A stretch of 64,000 bases of DNA. It comes from an uncultured Ruficoccus sp. (GTDB lineage: Bacteria; Verrucomicrobiota; Verrucomicrobiia; Opitutales; Cerasicoccaceae). Below, in pieces: positions 46,604-56,065 of this stretch. Below the pieces are notes generated by a model. It did no database searches. It was not told the origin of the DNA and saw only the letters and a list, made by a program, of their open reading frames with translations. The stretch covers positions 180,289-244,288 of the forward strand of contig OZ223514.1 in the NCBI GenBank assembly GCA_965140785.1. Direction: 5' to 3'. The translations under genes were made by a program, and so were the position numbers. Numbering within the stretch: position 1 is the first letter of the stretch; each line of letters starts with the position of its first letter.

Positions 46604-47360
46604 TCAGTTGAGCCCGGCCTGGGCGTCGAGCAGTTGGTGGAGGCGCTCGGTTCTCCCCGGCAGGAGGTTGAGGTTGCCTTTGAGGGCTTCGGTGAAGGCG
46701 TTCTGGAGGGACCAGAGGGTGCGGGGTTGGAAGCAGGCGTGAGCCGGGTGGCGCCACTCGTGGAGGACTTTGGGGATGTGCTGGTTGGAGCACACGCCTT
46801 TGTCCACGCTGTGGATGATGAGGTCGTGGGCGGTGGTGTCTCGGAGCGGACTGCGCTTGTAATGTTCGATGCGGTGATCTTGTTCATCGAAGCGGGAGAC
46901 GAGGCGTTGGACGGCTTGATGAGCCAGTTCGCCGAGGTCGCGCAGGATGAACCGGGTGTGTTTGCGGGCCAGCTTGATTTCTCCGGTGAAGGCGAGGTTG
47001 CTGCACACCAAGACCTGGGTGCTGGCGACGATGCCAGCGGGGAAGGTCTTGTCGTGGGAGTTGCGGATGCCGACGACCCAGCGGTAATCCCGGGCGGTGT
47101 CGCCTGCGCCGATTTCCAACAAGCCGAAGAAGCGGGTGGCTTCGCGGTTGAGGGCGTAGGCGGAGTTGACGATGGGGAGACCCGCGTTCGAGCAGGGCGA
47201 CCTCGACCGCGTTGAGCACGGTGAGGTGCGGGACGGGTTGCCACGTGCGGGTGGAAGGAGGCGTCGGGGCCTCCGCGATCCGGCTGCGGCTGACGGCGCG
47301 ATCGCCGCAATGCAGCAGGAGGTTGCACCGGTTGGGTTTGGCCTCCAGCACGATTGCCAT
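46604..47360 (-). pseudogene. DUF932-family gene with a +1 frameshift near 47180
   Basis: AGGAGG RBS and ATG at 47360 (MAIVLEAK...VALLERG); continues in another frame as LPIVNS...IRNSHDKTFPAG...VCSNLAF; length 757 = 3n+1. Confidence 0.75.
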
Positions 47361-47393
47361 AGAGGGCCTCCTTTCTTTGTGACCTGCGAAAGC

Positions 47394-47426
47394 AAAAAGG
47401 CCCGGATTCAGGTCGTAATCCGGGCC
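47394..47426 (-). terminator. Terminator-like hairpin just upstream of the DUF932 RBS
   Basis: Minus strand GGCCCGGATT-8nt-AATCCGGGCC-TTTTT. Confidence 0.55.
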
Positions 47427-47840
47427 CATAAGACAGCGAAAACGCTCGCTTCTCAAGAATATTTAACGCGCGGGAGGGCTGTGTTGCGGCGACAGGTGCC
47501 CGGGGATATGTCTTTCAGGTTACGTGACCGCTATCCCAAAAAGTGAAAACAGGAAAAGTGGCGTAAGATAATTGTAAAATCACCTCGCATGCCGCTTTTT
47601 TCCTAGATTTTAACATGGCGGGAAACCGCCTAAATATGTCCGGTTTTGAAATAGATCTGTCCGTATTCGGACAGATACGTCGATTTTACACTAGGGTCAT
47701 TTATTTACGACATGATAGGTCCCTAGCAACCGTTAGGTCCCGGAGCTCCGGAATATCCTCCTTGTGGCCGTAGGCCTCGGGGTCGTTTACTTGAATCGCC
47801 CTAAGTCCTTATAGATACGGCCATTTCGGCTGATTTAAAC

Positions 47841-47916
47841 TGGTGGAGCCGATCGGGATCGAACCGACGACCTCGTCATTGCGAACGACGCGCTCTTCCA
47901 ACTGAGCTACGGCCCC
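47841..47916 (-). tRNA. tRNA-Ala (anticodon CGC)
   Basis: GGGGCCGTAGCTCAGTTGGAAGAGCGCGTCGTTCGCAATGACGAGGTCGTCGGTTCGATCCCGATCGGCTCCACCA; 76 nt cloverleaf, G3-U70 pair, encoded CCA. Confidence 0.97.
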
Positions 47917-48129
47917 ACGCTTGAAAAGAGTACCTATGAGCGGTGTCGGGGTGTAGGTCAAGGCAAAGCAGCCGGCAAGATGAGGGGAAAATGTGAGGGG
48001 AGGAGGCGCAGAAGTGACTTCGGATCGCCCGTCTCACCGCTGGGGGAATGTCCGTCGGGAGTGGACATAAGGGCTTGTCAAGAGGCGGGCTTTGGCCCAT
48101 ACCCGCCGGGATAGTCCAAAAAAAACACT

Positions 48130-48546
48130 ATGGAAAAAACCCTGATTATTCTCAAACCCGACTGTATGGAGCGCAAGCTGTGGGGCATCCTGCTCGACCG
48201 CTTCGCCAAGCTGGACCTGGACATCATCGCGTGCAAGATGATGAATCTCGACAGCGAACTGATGCGTACCCACTACGCGCACATTGCTGACAAGCCGTTT
48301 TTCCCGAAGATCGAGGAATTCATGGGCTCGCGTCCGGTTATTGTGATCGTCCTGAAGGGCGCGCATGCCATCCGCCGCGTGCGTTCCGTCATCGGCGAGA
48401 CCGACTCGACCGCCGCGTCGGCAGGCACGATTCGCGGGGACATGGGCACGGACAAGATGCTCAACCTCGTGCACGCCTCCGATAGCCTCGAAACGGCCGA
48501 AGTCGAGATCAAGCGCTTCTTCGGCGACGAGCCGCTGTTCGAGTAG
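48130..48546 (+). CDS. ndk: Nucleoside diphosphate kinase
   Basis: ILKPD, HYAH, GTIRGD and NLVHASDS motifs. Confidence 0.95.
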   Translation: MEKTLIILKPDCMERKLWGILLDRFAKLDLDIIACKMMNLDSELMRTHYAHIADKPFFPKIEEFMGSRPVIVIVLKGAHAIRRVRSVIGETDSTAASAGTIRGDMGTDKMLNLVHASDSLETAEVEIKRFFGDEPLFE

Positions 48547-48602
48547 GTTCGTTACCGCTTTCGGGCGACTTTGACACTCTCTCACGTCGTCAATTTTTAT
48601 GC

Positions 48603-48638
48603 AACCGGCTCCGCTTTACCGCGGTGCCGGTTTTTTTT
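48603..48638 (+). terminator. Intrinsic terminator after ndk
   Basis: AACCGGCTCCGC-loop-GCGGTGCCGG followed by 8 T. Confidence 0.75.
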
Positions 48639-48657
48639 GCTGGGAGGGGGGGTGGCA

Positions 48658-49731
48658 TTACCACTGTTGGATATCCAGATTATCGAGGTCGGGGATGCTC
48701 ATGAGAGGGCTATACATGAGACTTTCAGGATTACTGGAGCGTGGATAGCCGTAGAACTGAACGCCGATGGTCCGTTTGAGGAGCTTCAGGGTACGTTCGT
48801 TGAAGAGACGGTTGTTTGGGGGAGTTTCTCGATGTATGGGGGCGTAGCGACCCGTGGCGACCAGGGACAGGTGCTTGTCCCAGTGGACGGAAAAGACGAA
48901 GCGCAGGTTCGTATTGGCCAGGTAGATGTCTTTTTCAGTTAAAAAGATTACCGCCGTGTCACGGCTTCGCTCCGGCAGACGGGCGGCGATGGCGGCCATG
49001 CCCTGGTAAAAGGAATCGGCGACGTACTGGTCGCGCAGCAGATTGGGTTGGGCGAAGTCGCAGGCGGCGGCCGGGGTGCATTTGACGTTAAGATTGAGGT
49101 CCTTGCTGAGCCAGTTGGCCAGTTCGTTGGCAAGCGGCTCGGGGAAACCGTCGAAGGGGACGAGGTAAACCTCGACAGTGGAGAACTCAGCAGGGGCCGC
49201 GGCAGTCTGGTTCGGCACGGGCCAGGGCTCAGGTGCCCGATCAAGCCCGTAGGTGCCGACCAGCCGGATGACCAGTCCGATGATGACGGCCACAAAAATT
49301 GACCAGCCCAGTCCGCAAAGAAAGCCTTTGGTATTGAAGGATTTGCTATCGTTGTGCTCTTCCCATGCGCCCGGAGGAAGGGGCTCGTTTTTGGTGGCGA
49401 TAGACGCGCATTCGGCCATCTCCAGTTCGAAATACTCGACCTCGGCATCAGTGAACTGCTGCATGAAGGTGCAGATAAAAAACTTGATGACGAGAAAATC
49501 ACCCTTGCGGTAAACGCGTCCAGTGAGCCGGATTTTCTTCACATCAAACGTAACGAGATTGCGCCAGACACTGCCTCGGCGCGCTTCCCATATCCCGTGC
49601 ATAGTCGGCACCGCCTCGAAGCCCCGGCTGAGCAGGTAGGCTTTGGCGCGATTCATACCCGCTTCGCCGGCTTCTGCCCACGGAATGACGATCCGCTGCA
49701 TGTGCGAATGAAACGGATCTTTCGGCTTCAT
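48658..49731 (-). CDS. Membrane-anchored protein with an archaemetzincin (M54)-like domain lacking the zinc motif
   Basis: One TM, then VYLVP...RDQYVAD...LTEKDIY...FVF...RTLK layout; no HExxH. Confidence 0.55.
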   Translation of the reverse strand: MKPKDPFHSHMQRIVIPWAEAGEAGMNRAKAYLLSRGFEAVPTMHGIWEARRGSVWRNLVTFDVKKIRLTGRVYRKGDFLVIKFFICTFMQQFTDAEVEYFELEMAECASIATKNEPLPPGAWEEHNDSKSFNTKGFLCGLGWSIFVAVIIGLVIRLVGTYGLDRAPEPWPVPNQTAAAPAEFSTVEVYLVPFDGFPEPLANELANWLSKDLNLNVKCTPAAACDFAQPNLLRDQYVADSFYQGMAAIAARLPERSRDTAVIFLTEKDIYLANTNLRFVFSVHWDKHLSLVATGRYAPIHRETPPNNRLFNERTLKLLKRTIGVQFYGYPRSSNPESLMYSPLMSIPDLDNLDIQQW

Positions 49732-49782
49732 GACGGAGATGGTCTTTGGAAGAGTTGTAGGCGGGGGAAGGTTACGCGCCGT

Positions 49783-50265
49783 TTACGCCTTCTCCAGCAG
49801 GACGACGGCGTGGGCGGCGATGCCCATGGAGCGGCCAAGGTCGCCGATTTTTTCATTGGTGGTGGCCTTGAGGCCGACCTCGGTGGTCTCGATCTGGAGG
49901 CTGGCGGCGAGGGCACGCTTCATGGCGTCGAGGTGGGGGGCGATCTTCGGCTCCTCGGCGATGAGGGCGATGTCGCAGTTACCGACGCGGTAGCCGCGGT
50001 TGTGGGCCTCCTCGACGGCCTTGCGCAGGATGTCCTGCGAGTCCATGCCTTTGCAGCGCGGGTCATCGTTGGGAAAAAAATGGCCGATGTCGGGCAGGCC
50101 GAGTGCGCCCAGGACGGCGTCGGCCAGCGCGTGGGTGAGGGCGTCGGCGTCCGAGTGGCCGTCGAGGCCCTTGTCGTGAGGGATTTCGACCCCGCCGAGG
50201 ATCATTTTACGCCCCTTGGCGAAGCGGTGAATGTCGTAGCCCAGTCCGATACGAAATTGACTCAT
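49783..50265 (-). CDS. ispF: 2-C-methyl-D-erythritol 2,4-cyclodiphosphate synthase
   Basis: RIGLGYDIH, GHSDAD, DIGHFFP and KATTNE motifs. Confidence 0.95.
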   Translation of the reverse strand: MSQFRIGLGYDIHRFAKGRKMILGGVEIPHDKGLDGHSDADALTHALADAVLGALGLPDIGHFFPNDDPRCKGMDSQDILRKAVEEAHNRGYRVGNCDIALIAEEPKIAPHLDAMKRALAASLQIETTEVGLKATTNEKIGDLGRSMGIAAHAVVLLEKA

Positions 50266-50502
50266 GCGGCCCATTGAGGGCGAGCGCGGGGGGATTGGCA
50301 ACCCTCTTTGGACTGGTGATGCCTGGGGCACGCCCACTTCGCAGGCGGCAGGTTGACACGGACATGCTTCCGGGCCAGGAGATCATCTTTTACCGGGAAG
50401 GGCGGAAAGTTTTTAAGAGAAAGACCGGAGACTGCGCTTTCTGTGCTTCCCGGTCTTTCTGTTGGAAGCGGTTTTACCCAAAGGATGGAGGCGCGAGGAG
50501 AG

Positions 50503-51213
50503 TCAGCCCTTGCGTCTGCTCAGGAGGAAATCCAGGTAATCGAGGTCGCCGGGGACAGTGAGCTTCGGGTTGGGCCAATCGTTCTCGACCAGGGTGACAC
50601 CGATGTGCTGGTAGGCGAGGGCGGCGGTGTCGTCGGTCACGCTGAGGTTATTCAGGCGCAGTCGGCGGTAGGCCTCGACGATCATTTCGCGCTGGAAGGC
50701 CTGGGGCGTTTCCATAGCCCAGAGGCCGGCGCGGGGCACATCGTGGAGGCGACGCTTGCTCAGCGAGCGTTTGGTGGAGGCTTTTTTGATCGTATCGGTG
50801 ACGCGGTGGGCGAGCACGGCGGCGTGGTCCCGCTCGACCGCGGTGCGCAGGGCGCGCAGGGCCTCGGGGTGGACGAGCGGGCGGGCACAGTCGTGGATAA
50901 AGACGTACTCGACCAGCAGGGAGAGCTCGTTGAGCGCGTTAAAGACCGAGTCCTGGCGTTCGCGGCCGCCCTCGACCCAACTGATCTGGTACCCGGCGTC
51001 GTTGTGTTCGTCGAAGGCCTGCTCAATGGCCTGGCGCTGTTCCTCGTCGCGGTAAACGACGGTGATCTGGTCAATGATACCGGAGCTCTGGAAGGCCTTG
51101 AGGGAGTGGACGATGACGGGCAGGCCCCGCAGTGGGGTCAGGACCTTGTCCTGGACAGCCCCGCGCATACGGGTGCCGCTGCCGGCACAGAGGAAAATGG
51201 CTGCATGTGACAT
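50503..51213 (-). CDS. ispD: 2-C-methyl-D-erythritol 4-phosphate cytidylyltransferase
   Basis: AGSGTRM, GGRERQDSV, IHDCARP, ETPQAF and TDD motifs. Confidence 0.95.
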   Translation of the reverse strand: MSHAAIFLCAGSGTRMRGAVQDKVLTPLRGLPVIVHSLKAFQSSGIIDQITVVYRDEEQRQAIEQAFDEHNDAGYQISWVEGGRERQDSVFNALNELSLLVEYVFIHDCARPLVHPEALRALRTAVERDHAAVLAHRVTDTIKKASTKRSLSKRRLHDVPRAGLWAMETPQAFQREMIVEAYRRLRLNNLSVTDDTAALAYQHIGVTLVENDWPNPKLTVPGDLDYLDFLLSRRKG

Positions 51214-51356
51214 GGCAAAGGCTTAAAGTTGAGGATAAGGCGAAGCTCGCCCATCATTTTAAAAGCAGCACCGTACTTTGGCGGGGGGAGGCGGGCTTGT
51301 CCACCGCGGAGGGGAGCGGGGGAGATTTTTTACAGAACCGCCACGAAGGGAGGGCC

Positions 51357-52061
51357 TCAGCGCAGTTCGGCCAGGATACGCATGATGGCGCGGCTGGGGT
51401 CGTCGGCCTTGAGGATGGGACGGCCCACGACGATGAACGAAGCGCCCTTGGCGCGGGCCCCGGCGGGCGTGAGGGTGCGTTTCTGGTCGTCGGCGCTGGC
51501 CCCCTCGGGGCGGACGCCGGGGGTGATGATGGCGATGTCCGAGCCCAGCTCCTGGCGGACGAGGGGCAGCTCCAGCGGGGAACAGACCAGTCCGCCCAGG
51601 CCGGACTCGGCGGCGAGCCGGGCCAGGCGCAGGACCATGGCCTCGGGGTCGTCGTCAAAGCCGATCGTGGCCAGGTTGGTGCGGTTCATGGAGGTGAGAA
51701 CGGTGACGCCGAGCAGGGTGAGGTCCGGGTTTATCTCGGCGGCGGCCTCGGCGGCGCGGCTCATCATCTCCTGGCCGCCCATGGAGTGGAGGGTCAGCAT
51801 GCCGATGGGCAGGTCCTTCAGGCTGCGCACGGCGGAGGCCACGGTGTTGGGGATGTCGTGCAGCTTGAGGTCGAGGAAGACCTCGTAGCCGCGGTCGGCG
51901 ACCTCCTTGACGAAATCCGGGCCGTACTTGACGAAGAGTTGGAGGCCGACCTTGACCCAGCGCAGGTCGCTGCCGCAGCGTTCGAGCATGGCGAAGGCTT
52001 CCTCGCGCGTGGGCACGTCGAGGGCCAATATCAGTTTACAATCCTCTCTGGGCTGACTCAT
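51357..52061 (-). CDS. pyrF: Orotidine-5'-phosphate decarboxylase
   Basis: FLDLKLHDIPNTV, VTVLTS, TPGVRP and VVGRPI motifs. Confidence 0.95.
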   Translation of the reverse strand: MSQPREDCKLILALDVPTREEAFAMLERCGSDLRWVKVGLQLFVKYGPDFVKEVADRGYEVFLDLKLHDIPNTVASAVRSLKDLPIGMLTLHSMGGQEMMSRAAEAAAEINPDLTLLGVTVLTSMNRTNLATIGFDDDPEAMVLRLARLAAESGLGGLVCSPLELPLVRQELGSDIAIITPGVRPEGASADDQKRTLTPAGARAKGASFIVVGRPILKADDPSRAIMRILAELR

Positions 52062-52199
52062 GGGTGGTGGAATGGCTAAATGGTTGAAGGGTTAAATGGC
52101 TGCTGGGTGGGTAGGGGATGACGGAGAGCGACAGGCCACATAAATGGCTTTTCATCTGAACCTATAGCCGACAGTGTGCCAACTTCTTTTGATCGAAAA

Positions 52200-53099
52200 A
52201 TGACTGCTGAAAAACTGACGCTCTCCTGCCCGGCCAAGGTCAACCTGCTGCTCGCCATCACCGGTATTCGCCCGGACGGTTTTCACGACCTGGTCAGCGT
52301 GGTTGCGCCGCTGGCCTTCGGCGACACGCTGGAGGTCGCTTACGAGCCCGGCGCGGATGGGCCGGACACCCTGCGCTGCGACATGCCCGGGGTGCCGGTG
52401 GACGAGAGCAACCTCGTGCTCAAGGCTGCCCGGCTGTTCCAGGAAAAAACCGGGGTGCCGGGGGCTTTCGACTTCGGGCTGGACAAGCGTATCCCCCACG
52501 GGGCCGGCCTGGGCGGGGGCAGCAGCGACGGGGCCTCGGCCCTGCGGGCGATGAACCGGCTCACGGGCGAGCCTTTGACCAGGGATGAGCTGGCCGCGCT
52601 GGCGGCGGAGTTGGGCTCGGACTGTCCGTTATTTTTGCAGGAAAAGCCCGTCATCATGCGCGGTCGCGGGGAGCGGCTGGAGGCGCTGGGGGGACCGGCG
52701 GAGGCGGCACTTCGGGGGGTGAAGCTGCTGGTGTTCAAGCCGCCTTTCGGGGTCGCCACTGGCTGGGCCTATGGGCAGATGAAAGCCCGGGGCGATGTCT
52801 ATGCCGACGCGAGCGAGATCGAGGCCAAGCTGAGTGCCTGGACGCGGGCCCCGGAGTTGGCTAAGTTTCCGTTTTACAACAACATGCAGACGGTCGCCTT
52901 CGACAAGTATCGGGCCCTGCCGGTGCTGCTGGAGCAACTGCGGACGGATTTCGGCCTGACTTGCCTGATGAGCGGCAGCGGGAGCGCCTGTTTCGCCCTG
53001 ACGGAGGGGCTGGACGGGGAAAATCTGGCCGCGGTTAGGCGGGTGATTTCCGCCGCCTGGGGGCCACAGGCCTTTATTGAAGCGACTTCACTCCTCTGA
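52200..53099 (+). CDS. ispE: 4-diphosphocytidyl-2-C-methyl-D-erythritol kinase
   Basis: PAKVNL, KRIPHGAGLGGGSSD and MSGSGS motifs. Confidence 0.95.
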   Translation: MTAEKLTLSCPAKVNLLLAITGIRPDGFHDLVSVVAPLAFGDTLEVAYEPGADGPDTLRCDMPGVPVDESNLVLKAARLFQEKTGVPGAFDFGLDKRIPHGAGLGGGSSDGASALRAMNRLTGEPLTRDELAALAAELGSDCPLFLQEKPVIMRGRGERLEALGGPAEAALRGVKLLVFKPPFGVATGWAYGQMKARGDVYADASEIEAKLSAWTRAPELAKFPFYNNMQTVAFDKYRALPVLLEQLRTDFGLTCLMSGSGSACFALTEGLDGENLAAVRRVISAAWGPQAFIEATSLL

Positions 53100-53198
53100 G
53101 GGCTCAGGGGAACCCAGGAGGGCGGGGGCAGAAATTCCTTGCCTTCATGGTTTTCTCGCACGGAAATAGCTGTACTTGTCAACTGCTGCTTGTTGGGT

Positions 53199-54980
53199 AT
53201 GTCAGACCGTAATAATAAAAAGGAAGAAATCCTCCAGGGGGTTGCCGCTTCGCCCGGCGTTTCCCATGGAGAGGTCTTTGTTATCCATCAGCGTGACTTG
53301 GAAATCCCTGTCCTGGAGCTGGAACCGGCGTATATCCCCCGCGAGATCGAGCGCTTCGAGAAGACCCTGTTCAAGACGCGCAAGGAGATCCTGCGCGTGC
53401 GCAATGAGGTTTCCGAGCGATTGGGCGAGGGGGAGGCCAAGATTTTTGACGCCCACCTGCTGGTGCTCGAGGACACGGCGCTGATTGACGAGACCATCCG
53501 CCAGATCGAGGAAACCCACTATAACGTCGAGCACTGCTATTCCGAGGTCGCCCAGCGCTACATCGACGTCTTCAACGCGCTCGACGACGAGTACATCAAG
53601 GAGCGGATGACGGACATCCGTGATGTGACCCGCCGGGTGCTGCAAAACCTGCTCGGCCAGACCGCGCAGAACCTTTACGAACTGACCTCGGCGCGGATCG
53701 TCGCCTCCGAGGACGTGTCTCCCTCAGATGCCGCCCAACTGGAGGGCAGCAAGGTGATCGGAGTGGTGACAGACGCCGGTAGCCGTACGAGTCACGCCGT
53801 CATCATGGCCCGCTCGCTCAAGATCCCCGCGGTGGTCGGTCTGCACGACATCACCAAGCGGCTCAGCAGCGGCGATTACGTACTGGTGGACGGCTACGAC
53901 GGTACCGTCATCATCAATCCCGGCGAGGAAACGCTTTTCCGCTACGGCAAGCTCCGGGAGGAGCGCCTCAACATCCAGAGGGCTTTTGAAAAGAATAGCC
54001 TGTTGCCGGCCAAGACGCTCGATGGCAAGACCCTGCATGTGATGGGCAATATCGGTGGCCCCGAGGAGTGCCCGTCCGTGCTCAGTAATGGCGGCGAAGG
54101 TATCGGTCTTTATCGGACCGAGGCCATGTTTATCGGCAGCGACAAGTTTCCCACCGAGGAGGAGCAGTTCCAGGCTTACCGGCGCACGGTGGAGGCGATT
54201 CAGCCGCACCCGGTCGTTATCCGCACGCTCGATCTGGGCGGGGACAAGATGGTCAGCAGCTACCGCTTTGCCCAGGAGGAGGAGAACCCCTTCATGGGCT
54301 TCCGGGCCATCCGTTTCTGCCTGGAGCATACCGATGTGTTCAAGGACCAGCTCCGGGCGATCCTGCGGGCCAGCGCCTTCGGCGAGGTGCGCATCATGTA
54401 CCCCATGATCAGCAGCGTGGACGAGCTGATCCGGGCCAATGCTGTGCTGGAGGAAGCCCGTGAGGAGCTGCGCAACCGCCACGCCGCCTTCGACGAGAAC
54501 ATCCAGGTCGGCAGCATGATCGAGATCCCCGGCGCGGCGCTGACGGCGGACCTGCTGGCCGAGCATTGCGACTTTTTCAGTGTCGGGACCAACGACCTCA
54601 TCCAGTACCTGCTGGCGGTGGACCGGGTCAACGACCGGATCGCCCACCTCTACCAGCCCAACCACCCCGCGGTTGTGCGCACGCTCGAACGCCTCATGGA
54701 CGTGGCCCGGAGCAAGCAGGTGCCGGTCAGCGTCTGTGGTGAAATGGCAGCCGACCCGATTTATGTGCCTCTGCTCTATGGGTTGGGTGCGGATGACATC
54801 AGTGTGGGCCCGGCCTCCCTGCCGGAGATTAAGTACCTGCTGCGGCGCATGAAGTTCAAGGAGGCTCAGGCGCTGGCGAAAAAAGTGGCCAAGCTGACCG
54901 ATCCCGAGGCCATCTACATGACCCTGTCGGCCTTTTATGCCCAGATCATGGGCGACCTGTTCAATGACGCCGAGGCTTGA
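53199..54980 (+). CDS. ptsI: PTS enzyme I (PEP-protein phosphotransferase)
   Basis: GSRTSHAVI, GIGLYRTE, RTLDLGGDK, EENPFMG, SVGTNDL and VCGEMA motifs. Confidence 0.95.
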   Translation: MSDRNNKKEEILQGVAASPGVSHGEVFVIHQRDLEIPVLELEPAYIPREIERFEKTLFKTRKEILRVRNEVSERLGEGEAKIFDAHLLVLEDTALIDETIRQIEETHYNVEHCYSEVAQRYIDVFNALDDEYIKERMTDIRDVTRRVLQNLLGQTAQNLYELTSARIVASEDVSPSDAAQLEGSKVIGVVTDAGSRTSHAVIMARSLKIPAVVGLHDITKRLSSGDYVLVDGYDGTVIINPGEETLFRYGKLREERLNIQRAFEKNSLLPAKTLDGKTLHVMGNIGGPEECPSVLSNGGEGIGLYRTEAMFIGSDKFPTEEEQFQAYRRTVEAIQPHPVVIRTLDLGGDKMVSSYRFAQEEENPFMGFRAIRFCLEHTDVFKDQLRAILRASAFGEVRIMYPMISSVDELIRANAVLEEAREELRNRHAAFDENIQVGSMIEIPGAALTADLLAEHCDFFSVGTNDLIQYLLAVDRVNDRIAHLYQPNHPAVVRTLERLMDVARSKQVPVSVCGEMAADPIYVPLLYGLGADDISVGPASLPEIKYLLRRMKFKEAQALAKKVAKLTDPEAIYMTLSAFYAQIMGDLFNDAEA

Positions 54981-55099
54981 GCCGCATCGCTGCGGGCAAA
55001 AGCCCTCCTGCCTGAGCGGATGCCGGGAGACGACCCTGTTGCGCATTGGCGGAGTAGGGCTCTCAGACCGTTTTCAAACAGTTTTGATAAGATAGGGGA

Positions 55100-55178
55100 T
55101 TTAACAGGGAAGGCCGGAAAGAACGAAAAGCAGGGTCTATAGCCTTCTACTCCCGCTCTTCCCGATCTTCCTGTTAAA
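55100..55178. repeat. Imperfect long intergenic inverted repeat (REP-like) between convergent ptsI and queE
   Basis: TTTAACAGGGAAGGCCGGAAAGAACG ... CGCTCTTCCCGATCTTCCTGTTAAA. Confidence 0.55.
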
Positions 55179-55230
55179 AATAACCGCTCAAAAATCTTTT
55201 TGATTTTATCATTTCCGTTTGAAGATGATA

Positions 55231-56040
55231 TCAGACACCGCGCCGGTTGCCGTAGAGATGCACGTGGAGACGGTCGCCCAGTCGGTAGCCATGCTCCAGG
55301 CAGAGGGGGGCGAGCCAGCGGGTTCTTTCCCGCAGTTGCCCGGAGGTGACGCCCTGGGGCATGAGCAGGATGCGTGAGGCGGGAATCTCGTAGCGGGCCT
55401 GCAATTGCCGGACCTCGTCGAGATCTTCGGGGGAAGAGGCGACGAATTTGAACCACGCGCGTTCGCAGCCGGCGAAAAAGTGCAGCGCGGGCGGCTTTTC
55501 GCGTTCGGCGGAGGTATTGGCTGAATTGGCCAGCTTGGGGGAGACGTTGTACTGGGCGACGAACGCGTCCAGCTCGGGCGGCGGCTGAAGGGTGCCGTTC
55601 GTTTCCACCTCGAAGCGGCAGGAGGGATCGCCTTCACGCAGCTCGCTCGCCAGCCGGGCCAGTTCCCGGCCCTGGATAAGCGGTTCGCCGCCGGTGAAGA
55701 TGATATTACGCGCCCGGAAGGCCAGCACCCGACCAGCCACGTCCCGGGTGTCGAGATCGAGGATTTCCTCTTCCCGCCGGTACTTGCGGGGGCCGCTGGC
55801 GCTGTCGTTCTCGTGCTCGAAGGGCGTATCGATCCAGTTCCAGGTATAGTCGGTGTCGCACCAGCGGCAGTGCAGGTTGCACAAAGACAGACGGACGAAG
55901 ACGCTGGGCGTGCCTGCGCTGACGCCTTCGCCTTGCAGGCTCTCGAAAATCTCCGGGCCCATGCCGTCTCTGGCCAGTTTCATCTTTCCAGCGTGTGCAG
56001 GCCGAGGCCAATCAGGCAATCTCAAAGCCGGGGCGCTCAC
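55231..56040 (-). CDS. queE: 7-carboxy-7-deazaguanine synthase (radical SAM)
   Basis: EIFESLQGEG, CNLHCRWCDT, TGGEPL, ETNGT and VSPK motifs. Confidence 0.88.
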   Translation of the reverse strand: MSAPALRLPDWPRPAHAGKMKLARDGMGPEIFESLQGEGVSAGTPSVFVRLSLCNLHCRWCDTDYTWNWIDTPFEHENDSASGPRKYRREEEILDLDTRDVAGRVLAFRARNIIFTGGEPLIQGRELARLASELREGDPSCRFEVETNGTLQPPPELDAFVAQYNVSPKLANSANTSAEREKPPALHFFAGCERAWFKFVASSPEDLDEVRQLQARYEIPASRILLMPQGVTSGQLRERTRWLAPLCLEHGYRLGDRLHVHLYGNRRGV

Positions 56041-56065
56041 ACGTTATCGAAGTCGGTTCCCTCGT

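Noticed and set aside
42461..46942. DUF932 duplicate pair as template/variable repeats of a diversity-generating retroelement
   Set aside because: No reverse transcriptase in the window, and differences between the copies are not confined to adenines.
55231..56040. queE as part of a 7-deazaguanine DNA-modification (dpd) system
   Set aside because: No dpdA/tgt-like, queC, queD or folE neighbours; it sits among housekeeping genes.
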